From assembly GCA_902528135.1 (NCBI GenBank), contig CABZRS010000002.1, positions 15,409-79,408 of the forward strand: a stretch of DNA of 64,000 nt, in the 5' to 3' direction. The notes beneath the pieces were generated by a model, which was not told where the DNA came from, did no database searches, and saw only the letters and a program-made list of their open reading frames with translations. The position numbers and the translations under genes were made by a program. Position 1 is the first letter of the stretch; the number at the start of each line of letters is the position of its first letter. Shown here one piece after another: positions 28,628 to 38,201 of this stretch. This stretch comes from an uncultured Pelagibacteraceae bacterium (GTDB lineage Bacteria; Pseudomonadota; Alphaproteobacteria; Pelagibacterales; Pelagibacteraceae).

Positions 28628-29793
28628 GATACTTTTTTAACTTCAGTATCTAAATCATCTTTAAAGTTAGGCATTACTTTTTCGGTGAATAGCTTAATAC
28701 TTTTCATACAATCTTCATGTTTAACACCAGGAAAGTTAGACCAAACTTGAAGATTTTGAAGATTAAGCTCTAATTGAAGTTCTTTAATTTTATCTGTTAC
28801 ATATTCAGGAGTACCAAATAACATATTTCGCTTATGTAAAAACTCGTAATTAAGAAGATCTAATTTACCCTTTGTTTCTGGAAGCTTTTCACCAGGATCC
28901 ATGTGATTACCAAGACCTCTCCAATGACAAACCCATTTCATATAATTTACCATATGTTGCCCAGCTTTCTCTTTGGCCTCTTCCATAGTATCAGCGACAA
29001 ACATATCTCTAACGAGAGTAACGCCTTCACCTAAAGGAACATTTTTTTTAGTAACTTCCGATCTTTTATTTTTGTATGCTTCAAATCTTATTTTCAATGC
29101 TTTAACTGTAGGTATCCACATAATTACATTTATATTATTTTCTGCAGCCCACTCTATAGATCTTATACCATCAACAACTTGATGTATTGGAGGGTGTGGA
29201 TTTTGATAAGGCTTTGGAAGAACACTAATTTTTTTCATAGTGCTATCTTCCATATTCATAAATTCTTCACTTGGCGGGCTCATGTCATGCTGCCAAACAT
29301 AGTTTGGTGATGGGTAAGTATAAAATTCTCCATCATGATTAAAAAATTTCTCTGACCATGCTTTTTTCAAAATTTCCAATGTTTCAGCAAATAATCTAAA
29401 ATTTTTTGCTTGATCTTTTAAATCTGCTTCTTTATTTAAATTAATTGCTTCTCTTCCATAAACACCTCTTGCAACACCAACTTCTACTCTTCCTTTTGAA
29501 AGTTGATCAAGTGTAGCAATATCTTCTGCTAATCTTATAGGATTATGAAAAGTTATTACATTTGCTGCTTGTCCTATTCTTATATTTTTTGTTCTTGCTG
29601 CAGCATCTGCTCCTAGCATCAGGGGATTGGTACACGACTCCATTCCTTCATGGTTAAAATGGTGTTCAGTAAACCAAATTGAATTCCAACTGTTTTGATC
29701 ACAATATTCGGTGATCTGTTTAGTTTCATCTAATAATTTATGATACGGTTTGTGTGTCCAATTTGTAGTATTACAAAAATAACCAAATTTCAT
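28624..29793 (-). CDS. LLM-class (luciferase-like) flavin-dependent monooxygenase
   Basis: WFTEHHF, PIRLAEDIATLDQLSKGRVEVGVARG, PKPYQ.PHPP; ATG 29793 preceded by AAAGGAGG. Confidence 0.88.
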   Translation of the reverse strand: MKFGYFCNTTNWTHKPYHKLLDETKQITEYCDQNSWNSIWFTEHHFNHEGMESCTNPLMLGADAAARTKNIRIGQAANVITFHNPIRLAEDIATLDQLSKGRVEVGVARGVYGREAINLNKEADLKDQAKNFRLFAETLEILKKAWSEKFFNHDGEFYTYPSPNYVWQHDMSPPSEEFMNMEDSTMKKISVLPKPYQNPHPPIHQVVDGIRSIEWAAENNINVIMWIPTVKALKIRFEAYKNKRSEVTKKNVPLGEGVTLVRDMFVADTMEEAKEKAGQHMVNYMKWVCHWRGLGNHMDPGEKLPETKGKLDLLNYEFLHKRNMLFGTPEYVTDKIKELQLELNLQNLQVWSNFPGVKHEDCMKSIKLFTEKVMPNFKDDLDTEVKKVS

Positions 29794-29817
29794 TAAGCCT
29801 CCTTTAAAAATTAATTT

Positions 29818-29873
29818 AAAGACGACCGATCCCACTTTCGTATATGATTTTACGACGAGTTATGTATCGCTTT
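29818..29873 (-). promoter_or_regulatory. GC-enriched hairpin in the 5' leader of the LLM-ThDP operon (candidate cis-regulatory RNA)
   Basis: 22 of 50 nt are G/C at 29821-29870; nested complementary blocks AAAG/CTTT, CGAT/ATCG, ACT/AGT, TCGTA/TACGA. Confidence 0.4.
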
Positions 29874-29893
29874 ATGAGATAATATTATTATTC

Positions 29894-30865
29894 TTACCTT
29901 TGATATTCAACGAATTTTTTAAGGGATTTATTAAGAAATTTATCATATCTGATACCACTTTTTGCTAATTTCTTATTATTAAGAAATGAAAGATTCATTT
30001 TAAAGTCATATGAGGGTTCAAAAAAGAAAGGAACTGAAAGCCTTTTTTGCTTGTTCCATAATACCCTATGATTAGTTGCTTTAAACCTTCCCTTACTTAA
30101 ATATTCAAGCGCTCTTCCAGTATTTACAACTAAAGCATTTTTATTAAAGGGAACATCGTACCATTTTTTTGTTTTACGGTTTTGTACTTGTAAACCACCC
30201 TTTTTATTTTGGTAAAGTACTGTGAAAATACCACTATCTACATGTGTTTCACATCCAAGAGCAACCCCATCTTGTTTAGAAATTTCAACAGGCTTTGTTT
30301 GATTAGGGTAATAATTAAAACGTAAGGTACTTAAAGTTTTTAATCTCAAAAATGCTTTTTTTGATATATCAGTATCCTTATTATAGATTTTAATAATACT
30401 TTTAAAAAGAATTTCACTTAAATTAAATATATCATCATAATAATCAGATAATTTAGAAATATTATTTGCGGTAAATGATTGCTTAATATTTAAATATTCT
30501 ATGTACTGATTTTTTACTCTTTTTGAATATTTTTTAGTTACTTTTAAATCTCCCAAATCTAGTCCTTCTTTACCATTTACGTCATTAGGAAAGTAACCTC
30601 TATAAACATTTTTATTTTTTTTATTCCATTTTTTTGGAGCTAATTTAAGTTTATTTTTTATATTTAGTTTGAAAAAATTTTCTCCAACCTTGCAAATTTT
30701 ATTTATATTTTTTAATTTTATACCATGACCTGTAATTTGAAAAAAACCAACATCTAAACAAGCTTTCTGAATTTCTTTAACTATTTTAAGGGTAGTTTTT
30801 GTATCAAAACCTTTTTCAAGAATAGAAGAAATATTTATTGTTGGAATAAAGTTTTTTTTTATCAT
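29894..30865 (-). CDS. Isopenicillin N synthase family Fe(II)/2OG oxygenase
   Basis: IPTINIS, GFFQITGHG, LRFNYYP, HVDSG, GGLQV, HRV, RLS.PFF. Confidence 0.88.
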   Translation of the reverse strand: MIKKNFIPTINISSILEKGFDTKTTLKIVKEIQKACLDVGFFQITGHGIKLKNINKICKVGENFFKLNIKNKLKLAPKKWNKKNKNVYRGYFPNDVNGKEGLDLGDLKVTKKYSKRVKNQYIEYLNIKQSFTANNISKLSDYYDDIFNLSEILFKSIIKIYNKDTDISKKAFLRLKTLSTLRFNYYPNQTKPVEISKQDGVALGCETHVDSGIFTVLYQNKKGGLQVQNRKTKKWYDVPFNKNALVVNTGRALEYLSKGRFKATNHRVLWNKQKRLSVPFFFEPSYDFKMNLSFLNNKKLAKSGIRYDKFLNKSLKKFVEYQR

Positions 30866-31809
30866 CTATTAGGTGTATCTGATGCAATCATTTGGCCTCG
30901 AATTTTTTCTCTAAAATAAATATATACACCTGCACCAATAATTATTGCGGCTCCAAGAAAAGTTCTAGGTACTGGTATAGTTTCAAATAATATGTAACCA
31001 GCTATCATTGCAAAAACTATATATGAATATTCAAACAGGGATACTACAGACGGGGAAGCAATACTATATGCTGTAAAAACACAAAAAAAAGATATTGATG
31101 CAACAATACCCATTACAAAAACGTAAGGCCAAGAAACAGCTGGATTTATAAACCATTCTCTAAAAATAAACTGCATTGTAGGATCAGAAAAATTATTAAA
31201 CTTTCCATCACCACTTATTAAAAATATTATAACACTCGCAATTACTGCAAAAATATAAAGTAAAGTTAACTGAGTATAAATATTATCTTTTTCTGATGTA
31301 TATTTTGTAATTGTCATAGAGCATGCATAACAAAGTGAGCATGCAACTGGTGCCAATTTAAAAAAATTAAATTCCTCTAAAGTTGGATTTAATACGACTA
31401 AAACACCAATAAAACCCACTGTTATTGCACTCCATCTTCTAATACCAATTTGTTCTTTTAAAAATACTTTAGCAAATATTGACATGAAAAAAGGACATGA
31501 AAAGAATAATGCGCTGACCATAGCCAAAGACATAAATGTAAGTGAAATGTAAAAGAAACTAAAACCGAAGAAAAAACAAATTACTCTTAATAAAGTTAAT
31601 AAAGGATAATGTGTTTTTAATGTAAATTTTTTCTTAGTTATTAAGAATATAGATATAAGAACTGTAGCTTGAACAATAGTTCTACCAAGATATAACTCAA
31701 ACAAAGCAATTTCTTCAAATATATATTTTATAAGAGAGTCTTGAATTGAAAAAAAAGCCATCCCTATCATAATAAATAGGATGCCTTTAGTATTATTATT
31801 TGCTTCCAT
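30862..31809 (-). CDS. DMT/EamA family transporter
   Basis: KEQIGIRRWSAI.VGFIGVLVVL.P, SLFEYSY. Confidence 0.87.
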   Translation of the reverse strand: MEANNNTKGILFIMIGMAFFSIQDSLIKYIFEEIALFELYLGRTIVQATVLISIFLITKKKFTLKTHYPLLTLLRVICFFFGFSFFYISLTFMSLAMVSALFFSCPFFMSIFAKVFLKEQIGIRRWSAITVGFIGVLVVLNPTLEEFNFFKLAPVACSLCYACSMTITKYTSEKDNIYTQLTLLYIFAVIASVIIFLISGDGKFNNFSDPTMQFIFREWFINPAVSWPYVFVMGIVASISFFCVFTAYSIASPSVVSLFEYSYIVFAMIAGYILFETIPVPRTFLGAAIIIGAGVYIYFREKIRGQMIASDTPNR

Positions 31810-31812
31810 ATG

Positions 31813-33393
31813 TTAATTCAAAATAAAGTCAGCAGCTCTCTCACCTATCATTAATGTTGGTGCATTTAGATTTCCACTTGTAATTTCTGGCATCACAGAT
31901 GCATCGGCTACCCTTATATTCTGAAGACCATGAATTTTTAATTTTTCATCTACTACTGCCATTTCATCTATACCCATCTTTAAAGTACATGATGGGTGAT
32001 ATGCTGTTTCTGCTTTTGATCTTACATATTCTTCAATTTCCTCATCTGAATTTGCATTATCACCTGGTCCAATTTCTTTACCAGCAAAAGGTTTCATAGA
32101 GTTCTGACATAAAATTTTTCTTGCCACTCGAACACATTTTATTGTTTCTTTAAGATCAAAATCATCCTCTAAATAATTAAATTGTATTTTTGGATAATCG
32201 TAAGGGTTTGAACTTTTCAAAGTAATTTCCCCTCTACTTTTAGGTTGGTTTAAACTTGCATGCAATTGGTATCCGTGTCTATCAGGATCTACTAAACCAT
32301 GGTCTATTACGAATGCTGGGAAAAAATGAAATTGTATATTTGGATATTTTTTATCTGGAGATGATTTACAGAATCCACCAGCTTCTAAAAACGAGGTAGA
32401 GCAGGGCCCACTTTTGTTTAAGAACCACTGGATACCCACCTTCACCATATTAAATTTATTTACATATGAATATAATGTATCAGGAGTTTTACATTCTTGT
32501 TGAATATAGGTTTCTAAATGATCTTGTAAATTTTTTCCAACTCCTTTTGAATCATGAATAACCTCAATTCCTTTTTCTTTAAGATGATTGCTTGGACCAA
32601 CACCTGATAACATTAATAATTGTGGAGAATTAATTGATCCACCACTTAAAATAATCTCTTTATTTGCGTAAATAGTCTTCGTTTCATTTTTTATTTTAAC
32701 TTGAATTCCAATAGCTTTTTTGCCATCAAAAATAATCTTTTCTACAAATGACTCAGTAAATACTTTTAAATTTTCCCTGCTTTTAGCTGGTTTTAAATAG
32801 TATTTTGAAGCACTTGCTCTCTGTCCTTTATGAATAGTAACATCGTACATTCCAAAGCCTTCTTGGTCTTCTCCATTCATATCACTATTTATTTTATGTC
32901 CTGCCTCTTTCGCCGAGTCCAAAAAAGCTTTAAAAAGGGGATTTTTGTTATTTGATTGATTTACTGGCAATATACCTTTTCCACCTCTATAATTATTTTC
33001 TCCACCTGACCATGTCTCAATTTTTTTAAAAAAAGGTAGAACATTTTCGTAAGACCAATTTTTTAACCCAAATGAGGCCCATCTCTCATAATCATTTTTA
33101 TTTCCTCTGACATAAACCATTCCATTATGCGCGGAACAACCACCAATCATCTTTCCCCTAGGACAAAATAATTTTCTATTGTTTAAGTGTGGCTCAGGTT
33201 CAGAATAATATTTATAATTATATTTTGGGTCATGCATTGCATAAAGTATTGCAAGGGGCATGTTTACTTTCCATATATCACTATCTTTGCCAGCTTCAAA
33301 AATTGCAACCTTATTTTTACTTTGTTCAGTTAGTCTATTAGCGAGAACGCATCCTGCTGTACCTGCTCCAATTATTAAATAATCAAATTTCAA
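31813..33393 (-). CDS. betA: GMC oxidoreductase, choline dehydrogenase-like
   Basis: GAGTAG, PRGKMIGG.S..NGMVYVRG, NLQDHLE, TAYHPSCT, SGNLNAPT; TTG start. Confidence 0.75.
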   Translation of the reverse strand: MKFDYLIIGAGTAGCVLANRLTEQSKNKVAIFEAGKDSDIWKVNMPLAILYAMHDPKYNYKYYSEPEPHLNNRKLFCPRGKMIGGCSAHNGMVYVRGNKNDYERWASFGLKNWSYENVLPFFKKIETWSGGENNYRGGKGILPVNQSNNKNPLFKAFLDSAKEAGHKINSDMNGEDQEGFGMYDVTIHKGQRASASKYYLKPAKSRENLKVFTESFVEKIIFDGKKAIGIQVKIKNETKTIYANKEIILSGGSINSPQLLMLSGVGPSNHLKEKGIEVIHDSKGVGKNLQDHLETYIQQECKTPDTLYSYVNKFNMVKVGIQWFLNKSGPCSTSFLEAGGFCKSSPDKKYPNIQFHFFPAFVIDHGLVDPDRHGYQLHASLNQPKSRGEITLKSSNPYDYPKIQFNYLEDDFDLKETIKCVRVARKILCQNSMKPFAGKEIGPGDNANSDEEIEEYVRSKAETAYHPSCTLKMGIDEMAVVDEKLKIHGLQNIRVADASVMPEITSGNLNAPTLMIGERAADFILN

Positions 33394-33398
33394 GGTAT

Positions 33399-34232
33399 TT
33401 ATTGTGGGTGGTCACCTTCAATAGCAATTCTATCCATTACTCTTTCATATCCTAATCCTCTACCTGGATAAAAATCTGCAATTGCAAAGTGAATAACACT
33501 TCTATTATCCCATATACAGACTGTATTTTCAGTCCAGCTAAACCTACAGGTTAATTCAAGTCGTGCTTGGTGTTCAAATATTTTTTTTAAAATTTCGTCA
33601 CTTTCTTCTTGTTCAAGTCCAATTATTTTTTTTGTGTATGTCCAATTGACAAATAGAATTTTTTTTCCAGTCTCAGGATGTGTTCTTACTATTGGATGTT
33701 CATTAGAATATTCATCAAAATTTCTTTTTTCATTTCCCTCCATTTTTTTATATTTTTCAATAAAAAATTCTGCGCCAAGAGAACTATGGATTGCTTTTTT
33801 ATCTTTTATCTTTTCTTTTATATCTTCATCTAATGTTTCCCATGCAAGCTCCATGTTTGCAAAGCATGTATCACCACCAACAGGAGGAATTTTAATTGAT
33901 TTTAATATTACTGCTTTCGTTGGTTTTTCATTGTAACTAACATCACTATGCCAATTCTCACCCCATTGGTTTTTTTCATCTTCTGCTTTAATTATTCTTA
34001 CTATTTCGGGATGTTTACTTAATCCTTTTACATATGCATGTGTTTCTAATGGTCCAAATTTTTCAGCTAAGGCTATATGTTGTTCAGCATTAATTTTTTG
34101 GTCTCTAAAGAAAATAACTTTGTGTTCTAATAATAAATTATTAATTTCCTTGATGTTTTGATCAGATGTATCTTTAAGATCTATCCCTGTTATTTCTGCA
34201 CCTAGTGCTCCTGACAAAAGTTTAATTTCCAT
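33399..34232 (-). CDS. TauD/TfdA family Fe(II)/2OG dioxygenase
   Basis: WHSDVSY, PPVGGDT.F, HPIVRTHPETG, WDNR...H.A. Confidence 0.88.
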   Translation of the reverse strand: MEIKLLSGALGAEITGIDLKDTSDQNIKEINNLLLEHKVIFFRDQKINAEQHIALAEKFGPLETHAYVKGLSKHPEIVRIIKAEDEKNQWGENWHSDVSYNEKPTKAVILKSIKIPPVGGDTCFANMELAWETLDEDIKEKIKDKKAIHSSLGAEFFIEKYKKMEGNEKRNFDEYSNEHPIVRTHPETGKKILFVNWTYTKKIIGLEQEESDEILKKIFEHQARLELTCRFSWTENTVCIWDNRSVIHFAIADFYPGRGLGYERVMDRIAIEGDHPQ

Positions 34233-34235
34233 AAC

Positions 34236-34703
34236 TTATTTTTTTAGCTTACCAGAAAACACTAAATTTTCTGAGTTAAAAGAAACCTTATTTTTATTTA
34301 TAAAGTCATCCATTATTTGGATTTTATCTTGTTCAAATTCTGTGACCTTTCTTTTATCCAGATCAATATAAAGCGACAGGCTTTCAATAGTTGCAGCAAG
34401 TTTTTTTGACTTCTTTTCATACATTTCGCATTTTAAATGTAATCTTTTTTTATCATGATCAAAGAAGGTGCAATAAACATCTACTTCATCATTTTCTTTC
34501 ACTTCATTGTCATAGGTAGTTCTCGTATCTACAACCATAGTACTTCTTTTATTAATTTGTGCGTTTGAACCACCCATATGAAACTTATTAAGCATTGTTT
34601 CCCATGCTTGATCAAAAATTAGAACATAGTATGCCATATTCATATGTTCATTGTAGTCTGTCCATTCCTTAATAACTTTTCTAGTGGCAAGATGAAATGA
34701 CAT
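34236..34703 (-). CDS. Hotdog thioesterase, betainyl-CoA thioesterase (CdhB)-like
   Basis: EWTDYNEHMNMAYY..IFD, DHDKKRLHL; lies near CdhA/CdhC homologues. Confidence 0.75.
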   Translation of the reverse strand: MSFHLATRKVIKEWTDYNEHMNMAYYVLIFDQAWETMLNKFHMGGSNAQINKRSTMVVDTRTTYDNEVKENDEVDVYCTFFDHDKKRLHLKCEMYEKKSKKLAATIESLSLYIDLDKRKVTEFEQDKIQIMDDFINKNKVSFNSENLVFSGKLKK

Positions 34704-34711
34704 AATTTAAT

Positions 34712-35572
34712 TTAAACTTTATTTATTTTATCTGCTATCAATATTTTCCTTTTCATTTCTCGAAGGACAGGTTTTTCTATAAGTTTACCGTCTATGACTA
34801 CTAGACCTGTATTTGAATTATTAAATTCTTCTAAAATTTTTTTAGCCTTGATAATTTCATCTTGAGGTGGTGTAAATACTTCATTTAAAATTTTAATTTG
34901 TTTTGGATGAATTGAACCTTTTCCAGTAAAGCCTAAGTTTCTTACTTGCTCAGCCTCTTTCCTCATTCCTTCCATATTCTCTAAGTCTAAATAAGGTACA
35001 TCTATTACATCTACACCAACACTTGCACCTGCATGAACTAATTTAGATCTCGCATGGATAAGATTTTCCCATTTATTTTCAACTCTAAGCTCAGCTGCCA
35101 TATCAACTCCACCAAAATATAGAGCAACTATTCTTTTACTAGCATGAGCAATATTATAAATATTTTCTAAAGCCTCATTTGTTTCCATTATCACATGAAG
35201 ATCCGTATCTAAATTACAGTCTGTTAAAAGATCATCTATAAACGTTATTTCATCTGGAGTTTTAACCTTCGGTAACATGATAGCCTTTAGATTTATTTTG
35301 CTAGATATGAAAGCTTCTAAATCTAAAAGACCAAACTTTGTTCTTTGATTATTTAATCTAACAACTAACTCTACATCATTTTTTACTTCGAGAGTTTTTA
35401 GAGCTTCTATAGTATTTTTTCTAGCTTCTGCTTTATCATTGATTGCTATCCCATCCTCTAATTCAATACAAACCATGTCTGCACCTGATGCAATAGCTTT
35501 AGGAAACATTTCTGGATGAAGTCCAGGTGTAAAAATAAAACTTCGTCTTACTTTTAATTTATCCAAGTCCAT
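34712..35572 (-). CDS. CitE/malyl-CoA lyase family CoA-ester lyase
   Basis: RRSFIFTPG, IELEDG, LPKV, IMET, GF.GKGSIHPKQI, IDGKLIEKP. Confidence 0.85.
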   Translation of the reverse strand: MDLDKLKVRRSFIFTPGLHPEMFPKAIASGADMVCIELEDGIAINDKAEARKNTIEALKTLEVKNDVELVVRLNNQRTKFGLLDLEAFISSKINLKAIMLPKVKTPDEITFIDDLLTDCNLDTDLHVIMETNEALENIYNIAHASKRIVALYFGGVDMAAELRVENKWENLIHARSKLVHAGASVGVDVIDVPYLDLENMEGMRKEAEQVRNLGFTGKGSIHPKQIKILNEVFTPPQDEIIKAKKILEEFNNSNTGLVVIDGKLIEKPVLREMKRKILIADKINKV

Positions 35573-36304
35573 TTAATTTTTGTAATCAGGTTCTTCTTTA
35601 TCTAAAATTAATCTTATTTGAGATAGGAATAGATTTGCAAAATCAGTTGGAAAGTTTGCATGTTCTTCTGCAGTTTTCTCTGCTACTTCATGGCTGACCA
35701 CATTAAGTTCTTGGTTTGTTGAAAGAGCTGTAAGATATGTTTGTGCCGCTCTTTCAAAATAATAAAGGGAATTAAAACCTTCAGCCACAGTTTCTCCTGT
35801 TGTTAAAATTCCATGATTTGCGAGTAACATGTGCTGTTTATTCCCAAGAGAATTCGCCATTTTAATGGATTCGTCCTCAAGTCCTAAACCTCCAAATTCA
35901 TTGTATGTAGATACTCTATTATAAAACATCATCGTATTTTGATCGATTGGTTTCAAGACTGGGTCTTTTAGTGTAGAAAGAGCAGTTGCATATTTAGAAT
36001 GGACATGAAAAATACATCTCGCGTGTGGAGCTTTTTCATGAATTGTACCATGGATATACAAAGCTGTCGGATCAATAACGTCTGGCTTATTCTTCAACTC
36101 ATCTTTATTTTCTTTAGTTACTAAGATCAAATCACTAGCCTTCATTCTACTAAAATGAATACCTGCTTTATTGCAGTAAAAATTAGATGTACCAGGTATG
36201 CATGCACTAAAATGGTTCGCAACTCCCTCATGCATATTAAGTCTAGCCGTCCATCTAAAAGTTGCAGCTAAATCCTTCTGTAATTCTGATATTTCCATTT
36301 GCAT
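35573..36304 (-). CDS. Class II aldolase/adducin family protein
   Basis: EGVANHFS, IHG.IH, HVHSKYAT, LANHG Zn-binding His residues; start may be 36298. Confidence 0.88.
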   Translation of the reverse strand: MQMEISELQKDLAATFRWTARLNMHEGVANHFSACIPGTSNFYCNKAGIHFSRMKASDLILVTKENKDELKNKPDVIDPTALYIHGTIHEKAPHARCIFHVHSKYATALSTLKDPVLKPIDQNTMMFYNRVSTYNEFGGLGLEDESIKMANSLGNKQHMLLANHGILTTGETVAEGFNSLYYFERAAQTYLTALSTNQELNVVSHEVAEKTAEEHANFPTDFANLFLSQIRLILDKEEPDYKN

Positions 36305-36333
36305 GATTTTAAAATATAGTTGAAAAATAAATT

Positions 36334-37221
36334 ATGAACAACAACGTTTTTGTATCATGTGCTGTAACAGGGTCAGGCGATACTGCTAGCAAACACCCCG
36401 ACTTACCAAAAACTCCAGGACAAATAGCTAAATCAGCGATAGAGGCAGCAAAAGCTGGAGCAGCAATTGCACATATTCATGTTAGAGAAGAAGATGGAAC
36501 ACCAAGTAGAAGGTTGGAATTATATAAAGAGGTAGTTGATAGAATTAGATCAAGTGAAACCGATGTAATTTTAAACTTAACTACTGGGATGGGTGGAGAT
36601 TTGGACATAGGACAAGGAAAAAACCCATTAGATTTTGGCCCTATGACAGACATGGCAAATGTTATGGAAAGAATAGCTAATGCAGAACAATTTTTACCAG
36701 AAATTTGCACATTAGATGCTGGAACATTAAACTTTGGTGATGGTTCAGTCATTACAGTTAATACTCCTAATGATTTAAGAAAAGCTGCAAAAAAATTACA
36801 GGAAATTAAAGTTAAACCAGAGATAGAGGCATTTGATTTAGGAAATATGTGGTTTGGCTCTCAATTATACAAAGAAGGTTTGTTAGATGATCCTCCAATG
36901 TTTCAAATGTGTTTAGGTATTCCTTGGGGAGCTCCAGCTACTCCGTTAGCAATGCAAGCAATGAAAGATATCATGCCAGAACAAGGAGTGTGGTCAGGCT
37001 TTGCAATATCAAAAAATGAAATGCCTTTTGTAGCACAAACAGTTGTTATGGGTGGAAACCCAAGAGTTGGTTTAGAAGATAATTTGTATATATCAAAAGG
37101 TAAACTTGCAACCAATGCTCAGTTAGTTGAAAAAGCGATCAGAATTGTGACAGATCTTGGTGCATCAATAATGACTGCAGAAGAAACAAGGAAAAAATTA
37201 AAGCTTGTTAAACACAAGTAA
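36334..37221 (+). CDS. cdhC: Beta-keto acid cleavage enzyme (BKACE/DUF849), 3-dehydrocarnitine cleavage CdhC-like
   Basis: CAVTG, AIAHIHVRE, NLTTGMGGD, PEICTLD.GTLNF, RVGLEDN; coupled to carnitine dehydrogenase. Confidence 0.8.
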   Translation: MNNNVFVSCAVTGSGDTASKHPDLPKTPGQIAKSAIEAAKAGAAIAHIHVREEDGTPSRRLELYKEVVDRIRSSETDVILNLTTGMGGDLDIGQGKNPLDFGPMTDMANVMERIANAEQFLPEICTLDAGTLNFGDGSVITVNTPNDLRKAAKKLQEIKVKPEIEAFDLGNMWFGSQLYKEGLLDDPPMFQMCLGIPWGAPATPLAMQAMKDIMPEQGVWSGFAISKNEMPFVAQTVVMGGNPRVGLEDNLYISKGKLATNAQLVEKAIRIVTDLGASIMTAEETRKKLKLVKHK

Positions 37222-38165
37222 TGTCCAAAATTAAAAAAGTTGCAGTAATTGGCACAGGAGTAATTGGAGTAGGGTGGACAATAAGACTCTTGGCTCACAA
37301 CATAAAAGTTTTAGCATACGATAAAAATTTAATTCAAAGGAATAGCTTAATCCAAGAAATAAAAAGAGCCGTACCTTTTGTAAAAAAACTATTTAATAAA
37401 AAAAAGATAAATTTAAATAATTTAAAGTTTTTTTCTTCTTTAGAGAGTACTGTTAAAGATGCAGATCTAATCCAAGAATGTGCTCCCGAAAACTATAAAC
37501 TTAAAACTCAATTAATAAGTCAAATTTCAAATTATTGTAAACCTGAGGTTTTGATATCGTCAAGCTCATCTGGATTACTTCCCTCAAGAATTTTTTCAAA
37601 ATGTAAAAATAATAAAAGAGGTATCATTGCCCACCCATTCAATCCTGTTTATTTACTACCTTTAGTTGAAATAGTTCCAGGAAAAAAAACAAGTTCTAAA
37701 TCATTAAATGCAGCAAATAAATTTTATAAATCGATCTCAATGAACCCAATTACCCTTAAAAAGGAGCTGCCAGGATATCTATCTGATAGACTGCAAGAAG
37801 CTTTATGGAGAGAAGCACTACATATTATAAATGAAGGTTATGCCTCAACAGAGGATTTAGATAGAGCTATTGAGGACGGCCCAGGCTTAAGATACTCATT
37901 AATGGGAACATTTTTAACTTTTCATTTAGCAGGAGGAAAAGCTGGAATGAAACATATGCTTGAACAATTTGGGCCCACATTAAAACTCCCATGGACTAAG
38001 CTTAAAGCACCAAAATTATCAAAAAAACTCTCAGAGAGGTTGATTTCTGGTACAAAAAAGCAAGCAAAAGGAAAATCAATCAATCAACTATCAAATATAA
38101 GAGATGAGTACCTAGTCAACTTGCAAAGCCTTAGAAAAAAATATGAAAATAAAATTAGAAAATAG
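37221..38165 (+). CDS. lcdH: L-carnitine 3-dehydrogenase
   Basis: GTGVIGVGW, QECAPE, SSSSGL, HPFNPVYLLPLVE, DRLQEALWREALH, AGG.AGM.H.L.QFGP.LKLPWTKL.AP. Confidence 0.85.
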   Translation: MSKIKKVAVIGTGVIGVGWTIRLLAHNIKVLAYDKNLIQRNSLIQEIKRAVPFVKKLFNKKKINLNNLKFFSSLESTVKDADLIQECAPENYKLKTQLISQISNYCKPEVLISSSSSGLLPSRIFSKCKNNKRGIIAHPFNPVYLLPLVEIVPGKKTSSKSLNAANKFYKSISMNPITLKKELPGYLSDRLQEALWREALHIINEGYASTEDLDRAIEDGPGLRYSLMGTFLTFHLAGGKAGMKHMLEQFGPTLKLPWTKLKAPKLSKKLSERLISGTKKQAKGKSINQLSNIRDEYLVNLQSLRKKYENKIRK

Positions 38166-38201
38166 ATATCTAAAAAAAACTTAAAGTGATAATTTAATTG
38201 T

